From NCBI GenBank assembly GCA_000002435.2, contig CM018793.1: a stretch of DNA of 64,000 bases. One strand, written 5' to 3'. Position numbers and translations under genes: made by a program. The notes below the pieces were generated by a model, which was not told the origin of the DNA, did not search any database, and worked only from the letters and a program-made list of their open reading frames with translations. This stretch comes from Giardia intestinalis (lineage: Eukaryota). The first letter of the stretch is position 1. Each line of letters begins with the position of its first letter. This document shows positions 1 to 12,000 of this stretch, in pieces.

Positions 1-3000
1 NNNNNNNNNNNNNNNNNNNNNNNNNNNNNNNNNNNNNNNNNNNNNNNNNNNNNNNNNNNNNNNNNNNNNNNNNNNNNNNNNNNNNNNNNNNNNNNNNNNN
101 NNNNNNNNNNNNNNNNNNNNNNNNNNNNNNNNNNNNNNNNNNNNNNNNNNNNNNNNNNNNNNNNNNNNNNNNNNNNNNNNNNNNNNNNNNNNNNNNNNNN
201 NNNNNNNNNNNNNNNNNNNNNNNNNNNNNNNNNNNNNNNNNNNNNNNNNNNNNNNNNNNNNNNNNNNNNNNNNNNNNNNNNNNNNNNNNNNNNNNNNNNN
301 NNNNNNNNNNNNNNNNNNNNNNNNNNNNNNNNNNNNNNNNNNNNNNNNNNNNNNNNNNNNNNNNNNNNNNNNNNNNNNNNNNNNNNNNNNNNNNNNNNNN
401 NNNNNNNNNNNNNNNNNNNNNNNNNNNNNNNNNNNNNNNNNNNNNNNNNNNNNNNNNNNNNNNNNNNNNNNNNNNNNNNNNNNNNNNNNNNNNNNNNNNN
501 NNNNNNNNNNNNNNNNNNNNNNNNNNNNNNNNNNNNNNNNNNNNNNNNNNNNNNNNNNNNNNNNNNNNNNNNNNNNNNNNNNNNNNNNNNNNNNNNNNNN
601 NNNNNNNNNNNNNNNNNNNNNNNNNNNNNNNNNNNNNNNNNNNNNNNNNNNNNNNNNNNNNNNNNNNNNNNNNNNNNNNNNNNNNNNNNNNNNNNNNNNN
701 NNNNNNNNNNNNNNNNNNNNNNNNNNNNNNNNNNNNNNNNNNNNNNNNNNNNNNNNNNNNNNNNNNNNNNNNNNNNNNNNNNNNNNNNNNNNNNNNNNNN
801 NNNNNNNNNNNNNNNNNNNNNNNNNNNNNNNNNNNNNNNNNNNNNNNNNNNNNNNNNNNNNNNNNNNNNNNNNNNNNNNNNNNNNNNNNNNNNNNNNNNN
901 NNNNNNNNNNNNNNNNNNNNNNNNNNNNNNNNNNNNNNNNNNNNNNNNNNNNNNNNNNNNNNNNNNNNNNNNNNNNNNNNNNNNNNNNNNNNNNNNNNNN
1001 NNNNNNNNNNNNNNNNNNNNNNNNNNNNNNNNNNNNNNNNNNNNNNNNNNNNNNNNNNNNNNNNNNNNNNNNNNNNNNNNNNNNNNNNNNNNNNNNNNNN
1101 NNNNNNNNNNNNNNNNNNNNNNNNNNNNNNNNNNNNNNNNNNNNNNNNNNNNNNNNNNNNNNNNNNNNNNNNNNNNNNNNNNNNNNNNNNNNNNNNNNNN
1201 NNNNNNNNNNNNNNNNNNNNNNNNNNNNNNNNNNNNNNNNNNNNNNNNNNNNNNNNNNNNNNNNNNNNNNNNNNNNNNNNNNNNNNNNNNNNNNNNNNNN
1301 NNNNNNNNNNNNNNNNNNNNNNNNNNNNNNNNNNNNNNNNNNNNNNNNNNNNNNNNNNNNNNNNNNNNNNNNNNNNNNNNNNNNNNNNNNNNNNNNNNNN
1401 NNNNNNNNNNNNNNNNNNNNNNNNNNNNNNNNNNNNNNNNNNNNNNNNNNNNNNNNNNNNNNNNNNNNNNNNNNNNNNNNNNNNNNNNNNNNNNNNNNNN
1501 NNNNNNNNNNNNNNNNNNNNNNNNNNNNNNNNNNNNNNNNNNNNNNNNNNNNNNNNNNNNNNNNNNNNNNNNNNNNNNNNNNNNNNNNNNNNNNNNNNNN
1601 NNNNNNNNNNNNNNNNNNNNNNNNNNNNNNNNNNNNNNNNNNNNNNNNNNNNNNNNNNNNNNNNNNNNNNNNNNNNNNNNNNNNNNNNNNNNNNNNNNNN
1701 NNNNNNNNNNNNNNNNNNNNNNNNNNNNNNNNNNNNNNNNNNNNNNNNNNNNNNNNNNNNNNNNNNNNNNNNNNNNNNNNNNNNNNNNNNNNNNNNNNNN
1801 NNNNNNNNNNNNNNNNNNNNNNNNNNNNNNNNNNNNNNNNNNNNNNNNNNNNNNNNNNNNNNNNNNNNNNNNNNNNNNNNNNNNNNNNNNNNNNNNNNNN
1901 NNNNNNNNNNNNNNNNNNNNNNNNNNNNNNNNNNNNNNNNNNNNNNNNNNNNNNNNNNNNNNNNNNNNNNNNNNNNNNNNNNNNNNNNNNNNNNNNNNNN
2001 NNNNNNNNNNNNNNNNNNNNNNNNNNNNNNNNNNNNNNNNNNNNNNNNNNNNNNNNNNNNNNNNNNNNNNNNNNNNNNNNNNNNNNNNNNNNNNNNNNNN
2101 NNNNNNNNNNNNNNNNNNNNNNNNNNNNNNNNNNNNNNNNNNNNNNNNNNNNNNNNNNNNNNNNNNNNNNNNNNNNNNNNNNNNNNNNNNNNNNNNNNNN
2201 NNNNNNNNNNNNNNNNNNNNNNNNNNNNNNNNNNNNNNNNNNNNNNNNNNNNNNNNNNNNNNNNNNNNNNNNNNNNNNNNNNNNNNNNNNNNNNNNNNNN
2301 NNNNNNNNNNNNNNNNNNNNNNNNNNNNNNNNNNNNNNNNNNNNNNNNNNNNNNNNNNNNNNNNNNNNNNNNNNNNNNNNNNNNNNNNNNNNNNNNNNNN
2401 NNNNNNNNNNNNNNNNNNNNNNNNNNNNNNNNNNNNNNNNNNNNNNNNNNNNNNNNNNNNNNNNNNNNNNNNNNNNNNNNNNNNNNNNNNNNNNNNNNNN
2501 NNNNNNNNNNNNNNNNNNNNNNNNNNNNNNNNNNNNNNNNNNNNNNNNNNNNNNNNNNNNNNNNNNNNNNNNNNNNNNNNNNNNNNNNNNNNNNNNNNNN
2601 NNNNNNNNNNNNNNNNNNNNNNNNNNNNNNNNNNNNNNNNNNNNNNNNNNNNNNNNNNNNNNNNNNNNNNNNNNNNNNNNNNNNNNNNNNNNNNNNNNNN
2701 NNNNNNNNNNNNNNNNNNNNNNNNNNNNNNNNNNNNNNNNNNNNNNNNNNNNNNNNNNNNNNNNNNNNNNNNNNNNNNNNNNNNNNNNNNNNNNNNNNNN
2801 NNNNNNNNNNNNNNNNNNNNNNNNNNNNNNNNNNNNNNNNNNNNNNNNNNNNNNNNNNNNNNNNNNNNNNNNNNNNNNNNNNNNNNNNNNNNNNNNNNNN
2901 NNNNNNNNNNNNNNNNNNNNNNNNNNNNNNNNNNNNNNNNNNNNNNNNNNNNNNNNNNNNNNNNNNNNNNNNNNNNNNNNNNNNNNNNNNNNNNNNNNNN

Positions 3001-6000
3001 NNNNNNNNNNNNNNNNNNNNNNNNNNNNNNNNNNNNNNNNNNNNNNNNNNNNNNNNNNNNNNNNNNNNNNNNNNNNNNNNNNNNNNNNNNNNNNNNNNNN
3101 NNNNNNNNNNNNNNNNNNNNNNNNNNNNNNNNNNNNNNNNNNNNNNNNNNNNNNNNNNNNNNNNNNNNNNNNNNNNNNNNNNNNNNNNNNNNNNNNNNNN
3201 NNNNNNNNNNNNNNNNNNNNNNNNNNNNNNNNNNNNNNNNNNNNNNNNNNNNNNNNNNNNNNNNNNNNNNNNNNNNNNNNNNNNNNNNNNNNNNNNNNNN
3301 NNNNNNNNNNNNNNNNNNNNNNNNNNNNNNNNNNNNNNNNNNNNNNNNNNNNNNNNNNNNNNNNNNNNNNNNNNNNNNNNNNNNNNNNNNNNNNNNNNNN
3401 NNNNNNNNNNNNNNNNNNNNNNNNNNNNNNNNNNNNNNNNNNNNNNNNNNNNNNNNNNNNNNNNNNNNNNNNNNNNNNNNNNNNNNNNNNNNNNNNNNNN
3501 NNNNNNNNNNNNNNNNNNNNNNNNNNNNNNNNNNNNNNNNNNNNNNNNNNNNNNNNNNNNNNNNNNNNNNNNNNNNNNNNNNNNNNNNNNNNNNNNNNNN
3601 NNNNNNNNNNNNNNNNNNNNNNNNNNNNNNNNNNNNNNNNNNNNNNNNNNNNNNNNNNNNNNNNNNNNNNNNNNNNNNNNNNNNNNNNNNNNNNNNNNNN
3701 NNNNNNNNNNNNNNNNNNNNNNNNNNNNNNNNNNNNNNNNNNNNNNNNNNNNNNNNNNNNNNNNNNNNNNNNNNNNNNNNNNNNNNNNNNNNNNNNNNNN
3801 NNNNNNNNNNNNNNNNNNNNNNNNNNNNNNNNNNNNNNNNNNNNNNNNNNNNNNNNNNNNNNNNNNNNNNNNNNNNNNNNNNNNNNNNNNNNNNNNNNNN
3901 NNNNNNNNNNNNNNNNNNNNNNNNNNNNNNNNNNNNNNNNNNNNNNNNNNNNNNNNNNNNNNNNNNNNNNNNNNNNNNNNNNNNNNNNNNNNNNNNNNNN
4001 NNNNNNNNNNNNNNNNNNNNNNNNNNNNNNNNNNNNNNNNNNNNNNNNNNNNNNNNNNNNNNNNNNNNNNNNNNNNNNNNNNNNNNNNNNNNNNNNNNNN
4101 NNNNNNNNNNNNNNNNNNNNNNNNNNNNNNNNNNNNNNNNNNNNNNNNNNNNNNNNNNNNNNNNNNNNNNNNNNNNNNNNNNNNNNNNNNNNNNNNNNNN
4201 NNNNNNNNNNNNNNNNNNNNNNNNNNNNNNNNNNNNNNNNNNNNNNNNNNNNNNNNNNNNNNNNNNNNNNNNNNNNNNNNNNNNNNNNNNNNNNNNNNNN
4301 NNNNNNNNNNNNNNNNNNNNNNNNNNNNNNNNNNNNNNNNNNNNNNNNNNNNNNNNNNNNNNNNNNNNNNNNNNNNNNNNNNNNNNNNNNNNNNNNNNNN
4401 NNNNNNNNNNNNNNNNNNNNNNNNNNNNNNNNNNNNNNNNNNNNNNNNNNNNNNNNNNNNNNNNNNNNNNNNNNNNNNNNNNNNNNNNNNNNNNNNNNNN
4501 NNNNNNNNNNNNNNNNNNNNNNNNNNNNNNNNNNNNNNNNNNNNNNNNNNNNNNNNNNNNNNNNNNNNNNNNNNNNNNNNNNNNNNNNNNNNNNNNNNNN
4601 NNNNNNNNNNNNNNNNNNNNNNNNNNNNNNNNNNNNNNNNNNNNNNNNNNNNNNNNNNNNNNNNNNNNNNNNNNNNNNNNNNNNNNNNNNNNNNNNNNNN
4701 NNNNNNNNNNNNNNNNNNNNNNNNNNNNNNNNNNNNNNNNNNNNNNNNNNNNNNNNNNNNNNNNNNNNNNNNNNNNNNNNNNNNNNNNNNNNNNNNNNNN
4801 NNNNNNNNNNNNNNNNNNNNNNNNNNNNNNNNNNNNNNNNNNNNNNNNNNNNNNNNNNNNNNNNNNNNNNNNNNNNNNNNNNNNNNNNNNNNNNNNNNNN
4901 NNNNNNNNNNNNNNNNNNNNNNNNNNNNNNNNNNNNNNNNNNNNNNNNNNNNNNNNNNNNNNNNNNNNNNNNNNNNNNNNNNNNNNNNNNNNNNNNNNNN
5001 NNNNNNNNNNNNNNNNNNNNNNNNNNNNNNNNNNNNNNNNNNNNNNNNNNNNNNNNNNNNNNNNNNNNNNNNNNNNNNNNNNNNNNNNNNNNNNNNNNNN
5101 NNNNNNNNNNNNNNNNNNNNNNNNNNNNNNNNNNNNNNNNNNNNNNNNNNNNNNNNNNNNNNNNNNNNNNNNNNNNNNNNNNNNNNNNNNNNNNNNNNNN
5201 NNNNNNNNNNNNNNNNNNNNNNNNNNNNNNNNNNNNNNNNNNNNNNNNNNNNNNNNNNNNNNNNNNNNNNNNNNNNNNNNNNNNNNNNNNNNNNNNNNNN
5301 NNNNNNNNNNNNNNNNNNNNNNNNNNNNNNNNNNNNNNNNNNNNNNNNNNNNNNNNNNNNNNNNNNNNNNNNNNNNNNNNNNNNNNNNNNNNNNNNNNNN
5401 NNNNNNNNNNNNNNNNNNNNNNNNNNNNNNNNNNNNNNNNNNNNNNNNNNNNNNNNNNNNNNNNNNNNNNNNNNNNNNNNNNNNNNNNNNNNNNNNNNNN
5501 NNNNNNNNNNNNNNNNNNNNNNNNNNNNNNNNNNNNNNNNNNNNNNNNNNNNNNNNNNNNNNNNNNNNNNNNNNNNNNNNNNNNNNNNNNNNNNNNNNNN
5601 NNNNNNNNNNNNNNNNNNNNNNNNNNNNNNNNNNNNNNNNNNNNNNNNNNNNNNNNNNNNNNNNNNNNNNNNNNNNNNNNNNNNNNNNNNNNNNNNNNNN
5701 NNNNNNNNNNNNNNNNNNNNNNNNNNNNNNNNNNNNNNNNNNNNNNNNNNNNNNNNNNNNNNNNNNNNNNNNNNNNNNNNNNNNNNNNNNNNNNNNNNNN
5801 NNNNNNNNNNNNNNNNNNNNNNNNNNNNNNNNNNNNNNNNNNNNNNNNNNNNNNNNNNNNNNNNNNNNNNNNNNNNNNNNNNNNNNNNNNNNNNNNNNNN
5901 NNNNNNNNNNNNNNNNNNNNNNNNNNNNNNNNNNNNNNNNNNNNNNNNNNNNNNNNNNNNNNNNNNNNNNNNNNNNNNNNNNNNNNNNNNNNNNNNNNNN

Positions 6001-9000
6001 NNNNNNNNNNNNNNNNNNNNNNNNNNNNNNNNNNNNNNNNNNNNNNNNNNNNNNNNNNNNNNNNNNNNNNNNNNNNNNNNNNNNNNNNNNNNNNNNNNNN
6101 NNNNNNNNNNNNNNNNNNNNNNNNNNNNNNNNNNNNNNNNNNNNNNNNNNNNNNNNNNNNNNNNNNNNNNNNNNNNNNNNNNNNNNNNNNNNNNNNNNNN
6201 NNNNNNNNNNNNNNNNNNNNNNNNNNNNNNNNNNNNNNNNNNNNNNNNNNNNNNNNNNNNNNNNNNNNNNNNNNNNNNNNNNNNNNNNNNNNNNNNNNNN
6301 NNNNNNNNNNNNNNNNNNNNNNNNNNNNNNNNNNNNNNNNNNNNNNNNNNNNNNNNNNNNNNNNNNNNNNNNNNNNNNNNNNNNNNNNNNNNNNNNNNNN
6401 NNNNNNNNNNNNNNNNNNNNNNNNNNNNNNNNNNNNNNNNNNNNNNNNNNNNNNNNNNNNNNNNNNNNNNNNNNNNNNNNNNNNNNNNNNNNNNNNNNNN
6501 NNNNNNNNNNNNNNNNNNNNNNNNNNNNNNNNNNNNNNNNNNNNNNNNNNNNNNNNNNNNNNNNNNNNNNNNNNNNNNNNNNNNNNNNNNNNNNNNNNNN
6601 NNNNNNNNNNNNNNNNNNNNNNNNNNNNNNNNNNNNNNNNNNNNNNNNNNNNNNNNNNNNNNNNNNNNNNNNNNNNNNNNNNNNNNNNNNNNNNNNNNNN
6701 NNNNNNNNNNNNNNNNNNNNNNNNNNNNNNNNNNNNNNNNNNNNNNNNNNNNNNNNNNNNNNNNNNNNNNNNNNNNNNNNNNNNNNNNNNNNNNNNNNNN
6801 NNNNNNNNNNNNNNNNNNNNNNNNNNNNNNNNNNNNNNNNNNNNNNNNNNNNNNNNNNNNNNNNNNNNNNNNNNNNNNNNNNNNNNNNNNNNNNNNNNNN
6901 NNNNNNNNNNNNNNNNNNNNNNNNNNNNNNNNNNNNNNNNNNNNNNNNNNNNNNNNNNNNNNNNNNNNNNNNNNNNNNNNNNNNNNNNNNNNNNNNNNNN
7001 NNNNNNNNNNNNNNNNNNNNNNNNNNNNNNNNNNNNNNNNNNNNNNNNNNNNNNNNNNNNNNNNNNNNNNNNNNNNNNNNNNNNNNNNNNNNNNNNNNNN
7101 NNNNNNNNNNNNNNNNNNNNNNNNNNNNNNNNNNNNNNNNNNNNNNNNNNNNNNNNNNNNNNNNNNNNNNNNNNNNNNNNNNNNNNNNNNNNNNNNNNNN
7201 NNNNNNNNNNNNNNNNNNNNNNNNNNNNNNNNNNNNNNNNNNNNNNNNNNNNNNNNNNNNNNNNNNNNNNNNNNNNNNNNNNNNNNNNNNNNNNNNNNNN
7301 NNNNNNNNNNNNNNNNNNNNNNNNNNNNNNNNNNNNNNNNNNNNNNNNNNNNNNNNNNNNNNNNNNNNNNNNNNNNNNNNNNNNNNNNNNNNNNNNNNNN
7401 NNNNNNNNNNNNNNNNNNNNNNNNNNNNNNNNNNNNNNNNNNNNNNNNNNNNNNNNNNNNNNNNNNNNNNNNNNNNNNNNNNNNNNNNNNNNNNNNNNNN
7501 NNNNNNNNNNNNNNNNNNNNNNNNNNNNNNNNNNNNNNNNNNNNNNNNNNNNNNNNNNNNNNNNNNNNNNNNNNNNNNNNNNNNNNNNNNNNNNNNNNNN
7601 NNNNNNNNNNNNNNNNNNNNNNNNNNNNNNNNNNNNNNNNNNNNNNNNNNNNNNNNNNNNNNNNNNNNNNNNNNNNNNNNNNNNNNNNNNNNNNNNNNNN
7701 NNNNNNNNNNNNNNNNNNNNNNNNNNNNNNNNNNNNNNNNNNNNNNNNNNNNNNNNNNNNNNNNNNNNNNNNNNNNNNNNNNNNNNNNNNNNNNNNNNNN
7801 NNNNNNNNNNNNNNNNNNNNNNNNNNNNNNNNNNNNNNNNNNNNNNNNNNNNNNNNNNNNNNNNNNNNNNNNNNNNNNNNNNNNNNNNNNNNNNNNNNNN
7901 NNNNNNNNNNNNNNNNNNNNNNNNNNNNNNNNNNNNNNNNNNNNNNNNNNNNNNNNNNNNNNNNNNNNNNNNNNNNNNNNNNNNNNNNNNNNNNNNNNNN
8001 NNNNNNNNNNNNNNNNNNNNNNNNNNNNNNNNNNNNNNNNNNNNNNNNNNNNNNNNNNNNNNNNNNNNNNNNNNNNNNNNNNNNNNNNNNNNNNNNNNNN
8101 NNNNNNNNNNNNNNNNNNNNNNNNNNNNNNNNNNNNNNNNNNNNNNNNNNNNNNNNNNNNNNNNNNNNNNNNNNNNNNNNNNNNNNNNNNNNNNNNNNNN
8201 NNNNNNNNNNNNNNNNNNNNNNNNNNNNNNNNNNNNNNNNNNNNNNNNNNNNNNNNNNNNNNNNNNNNNNNNNNNNNNNNNNNNNNNNNNNNNNNNNNNN
8301 NNNNNNNNNNNNNNNNNNNNNNNNNNNNNNNNNNNNNNNNNNNNNNNNNNNNNNNNNNNNNNNNNNNNNNNNNNNNNNNNNNNNNNNNNNNNNNNNNNNN
8401 NNNNNNNNNNNNNNNNNNNNNNNNNNNNNNNNNNNNNNNNNNNNNNNNNNNNNNNNNNNNNNNNNNNNNNNNNNNNNNNNNNNNNNNNNNNNNNNNNNNN
8501 NNNNNNNNNNNNNNNNNNNNNNNNNNNNNNNNNNNNNNNNNNNNNNNNNNNNNNNNNNNNNNNNNNNNNNNNNNNNNNNNNNNNNNNNNNNNNNNNNNNN
8601 NNNNNNNNNNNNNNNNNNNNNNNNNNNNNNNNNNNNNNNNNNNNNNNNNNNNNNNNNNNNNNNNNNNNNNNNNNNNNNNNNNNNNNNNNNNNNNNNNNNN
8701 NNNNNNNNNNNNNNNNNNNNNNNNNNNNNNNNNNNNNNNNNNNNNNNNNNNNNNNNNNNNNNNNNNNNNNNNNNNNNNNNNNNNNNNNNNNNNNNNNNNN
8801 NNNNNNNNNNNNNNNNNNNNNNNNNNNNNNNNNNNNNNNNNNNNNNNNNNNNNNNNNNNNNNNNNNNNNNNNNNNNNNNNNNNNNNNNNNNNNNNNNNNN
8901 NNNNNNNNNNNNNNNNNNNNNNNNNNNNNNNNNNNNNNNNNNNNNNNNNNNNNNNNNNNNNNNNNNNNNNNNNNNNNNNNNNNNNNNNNNNNNNNNNNNN

Positions 9001-12000
9001 NNNNNNNNNNNNNNNNNNNNNNNNNNNNNNNNNNNNNNNNNNNNNNNNNNNNNNNNNNNNNNNNNNNNNNNNNNNNNNNNNNNNNNNNNNNNNNNNNNNN
9101 NNNNNNNNNNNNNNNNNNNNNNNNNNNNNNNNNNNNNNNNNNNNNNNNNNNNNNNNNNNNNNNNNNNNNNNNNNNNNNNNNNNNNNNNNNNNNNNNNNNN
9201 NNNNNNNNNNNNNNNNNNNNNNNNNNNNNNNNNNNNNNNNNNNNNNNNNNNNNNNNNNNNNNNNNNNNNNNNNNNNNNNNNNNNNNNNNNNNNNNNNNNN
9301 NNNNNNNNNNNNNNNNNNNNNNNNNNNNNNNNNNNNNNNNNNNNNNNNNNNNNNNNNNNNNNNNNNNNNNNNNNNNNNNNNNNNNNNNNNNNNNNNNNNN
9401 NNNNNNNNNNNNNNNNNNNNNNNNNNNNNNNNNNNNNNNNNNNNNNNNNNNNNNNNNNNNNNNNNNNNNNNNNNNNNNNNNNNNNNNNNNNNNNNNNNNN
9501 NNNNNNNNNNNNNNNNNNNNNNNNNNNNNNNNNNNNNNNNNNNNNNNNNNNNNNNNNNNNNNNNNNNNNNNNNNNNNNNNNNNNNNNNNNNNNNNNNNNN
9601 NNNNNNNNNNNNNNNNNNNNNNNNNNNNNNNNNNNNNNNNNNNNNNNNNNNNNNNNNNNNNNNNNNNNNNNNNNNNNNNNNNNNNNNNNNNNNNNNNNNN
9701 NNNNNNNNNNNNNNNNNNNNNNNNNNNNNNNNNNNNNNNNNNNNNNNNNNNNNNNNNNNNNNNNNNNNNNNNNNNNNNNNNNNNNNNNNNNNNNNNNNNN
9801 NNNNNNNNNNNNNNNNNNNNNNNNNNNNNNNNNNNNNNNNNNNNNNNNNNNNNNNNNNNNNNNNNNNNNNNNNNNNNNNNNNNNNNNNNNNNNNNNNNNN
9901 NNNNNNNNNNNNNNNNNNNNNNNNNNNNNNNNNNNNNNNNNNNNNNNNNNNNNNNNNNNNNNNNNNNNNNNNNNNNNNNNNNNNNNNNNNNNNNNNNNNN
10001 NNNNNNNNNNNNNNNNNNNNNNNNNNNNNNNNNNNNNNNNNNNNNNNNNNNNNNNNNNNNNNNNNNNNNNNNNNNNNNNNNNNNNNNNNNNNNNNNNNNN
10101 NNNNNNNNNNNNNNNNNNNNNNNNNNNNNNNNNNNNNNNNNNNNNNNNNNNNNNNNNNNNNNNNNNNNNNNNNNNNNNNNNNNNNNNNNNNNNNNNNNNN
10201 NNNNNNNNNNNNNNNNNNNNNNNNNNNNNNNNNNNNNNNNNNNNNNNNNNNNNNNNNNNNNNNNNNNNNNNNNNNNNNNNNNNNNNNNNNNNNNNNNNNN
10301 NNNNNNNNNNNNNNNNNNNNNNNNNNNNNNNNNNNNNNNNNNNNNNNNNNNNNNNNNNNNNNNNNNNNNNNNNNNNNNNNNNNNNNNNNNNNNNNNNNNN
10401 NNNNNNNNNNNNNNNNNNNNNNNNNNNNNNNNNNNNNNNNNNNNNNNNNNNNNNNNNNNNNNNNNNNNNNNNNNNNNNNNNNNNNNNNNNNNNNNNNNNN
10501 NNNNNNNNNNNNNNNNNNNNNNNNNNNNNNNNNNNNNNNNNNNNNNNNNNNNNNNNNNNNNNNNNNNNNNNNNNNNNNNNNNNNNNNNNNNNNNNNNNNN
10601 NNNNNNNNNNNNNNNNNNNNNNNNNNNNNNNNNNNNNNNNNNNNNNNNNNNNNNNNNNNNNNNNNNNNNNNNNNNNNNNNNNNNNNNNNNNNNNNNNNNN
10701 NNNNNNNNNNNNNNNNNNNNNNNNNNNNNNNNNNNNNNNNNNNNNNNNNNNNNNNNNNNNNNNNNNNNNNNNNNNNNNNNNNNNNNNNNNNNNNNNNNNN
10801 NNNNNNNNNNNNNNNNNNNNNNNNNNNNNNNNNNNNNNNNNNNNNNNNNNNNNNNNNNNNNNNNNNNNNNNNNNNNNNNNNNNNNNNNNNNNNNNNNNNN
10901 NNNNNNNNNNNNNNNNNNNNNNNNNNNNNNNNNNNNNNNNNNNNNNNNNNNNNNNNNNNNNNNNNNNNNNNNNNNNNNNNNNNNNNNNNNNNNNNNNNNN
11001 NNNNNNNNNNNNNNNNNNNNNNNNNNNNNNNNNNNNNNNNNNNNNNNNNNNNNNNNNNNNNNNNNNNNNNNNNNNNNNNNNNNNNNNNNNNNNNNNNNNN
11101 NNNNNNNNNNNNNNNNNNNNNNNNNNNNNNNNNNNNNNNNNNNNNNNNNNNNNNNNNNNNNNNNNNNNNNNNNNNNNNNNNNNNNNNNNNNNNNNNNNNN
11201 NNNNNNNNNNNNNNNNNNNNNNNNNNNNNNNNNNNNNNNNNNNNNNNNNNNNNNNNNNNNNNNNNNNNNNNNNNNNNNNNNNNNNNNNNNNNNNNNNNNN
11301 NNNNNNNNNNNNNNNNNNNNNNNNNNNNNNNNNNNNNNNNNNNNNNNNNNNNNNNNNNNNNNNNNNNNNNNNNNNNNNNNNNNNNNNNNNNNNNNNNNNN
11401 NNNNNNNNNNNNNNNNNNNNNNNNNNNNNNNNNNNNNNNNNNNNNNNNNNNNNNNNNNNNNNNNNNNNNNNNNNNNNNNNNNNNNNNNNNNNNNNNNNNN
11501 NNNNNNNNNNNNNNNNNNNNNNNNNNNNNNNNNNNNNNNNNNNNNNNNNNNNNNNNNNNNNNNNNNNNNNNNNNNNNNNNNNNNNNNNNNNNNNNNNNNN
11601 NNNNNNNNNNNNNNNNNNNNNNNNNNNNNNNNNNNNNNNNNNNNNNNNNNNNNNNNNNNNNNNNNNNNNNNNNNNNNNNNNNNNNNNNNNNNNNNNNNNN
11701 NNNNNNNNNNNNNNNNNNNNNNNNNNNNNNNNNNNNNNNNNNNNNNNNNNNNNNNNNNNNNNNNNNNNNNNNNNNNNNNNNNNNNNNNNNNNNNNNNNNN
11801 NNNNNNNNNNNNNNNNNNNNNNNNNNNNNNNNNNNNNNNNNNNNNNNNNNNNNNNNNNNNNNNNNNNNNNNNNNNNNNNNNNNNNNNNNNNNNNNNNNNN
11901 NNNNNNNNNNNNNNNNNNNNNNNNNNNNNNNNNNNNNNNNNNNNNNNNNNNNNNNNNNNNNNNNNNNNNNNNNNNNNNNNNNNNNNNNNNNNNNNNNNNN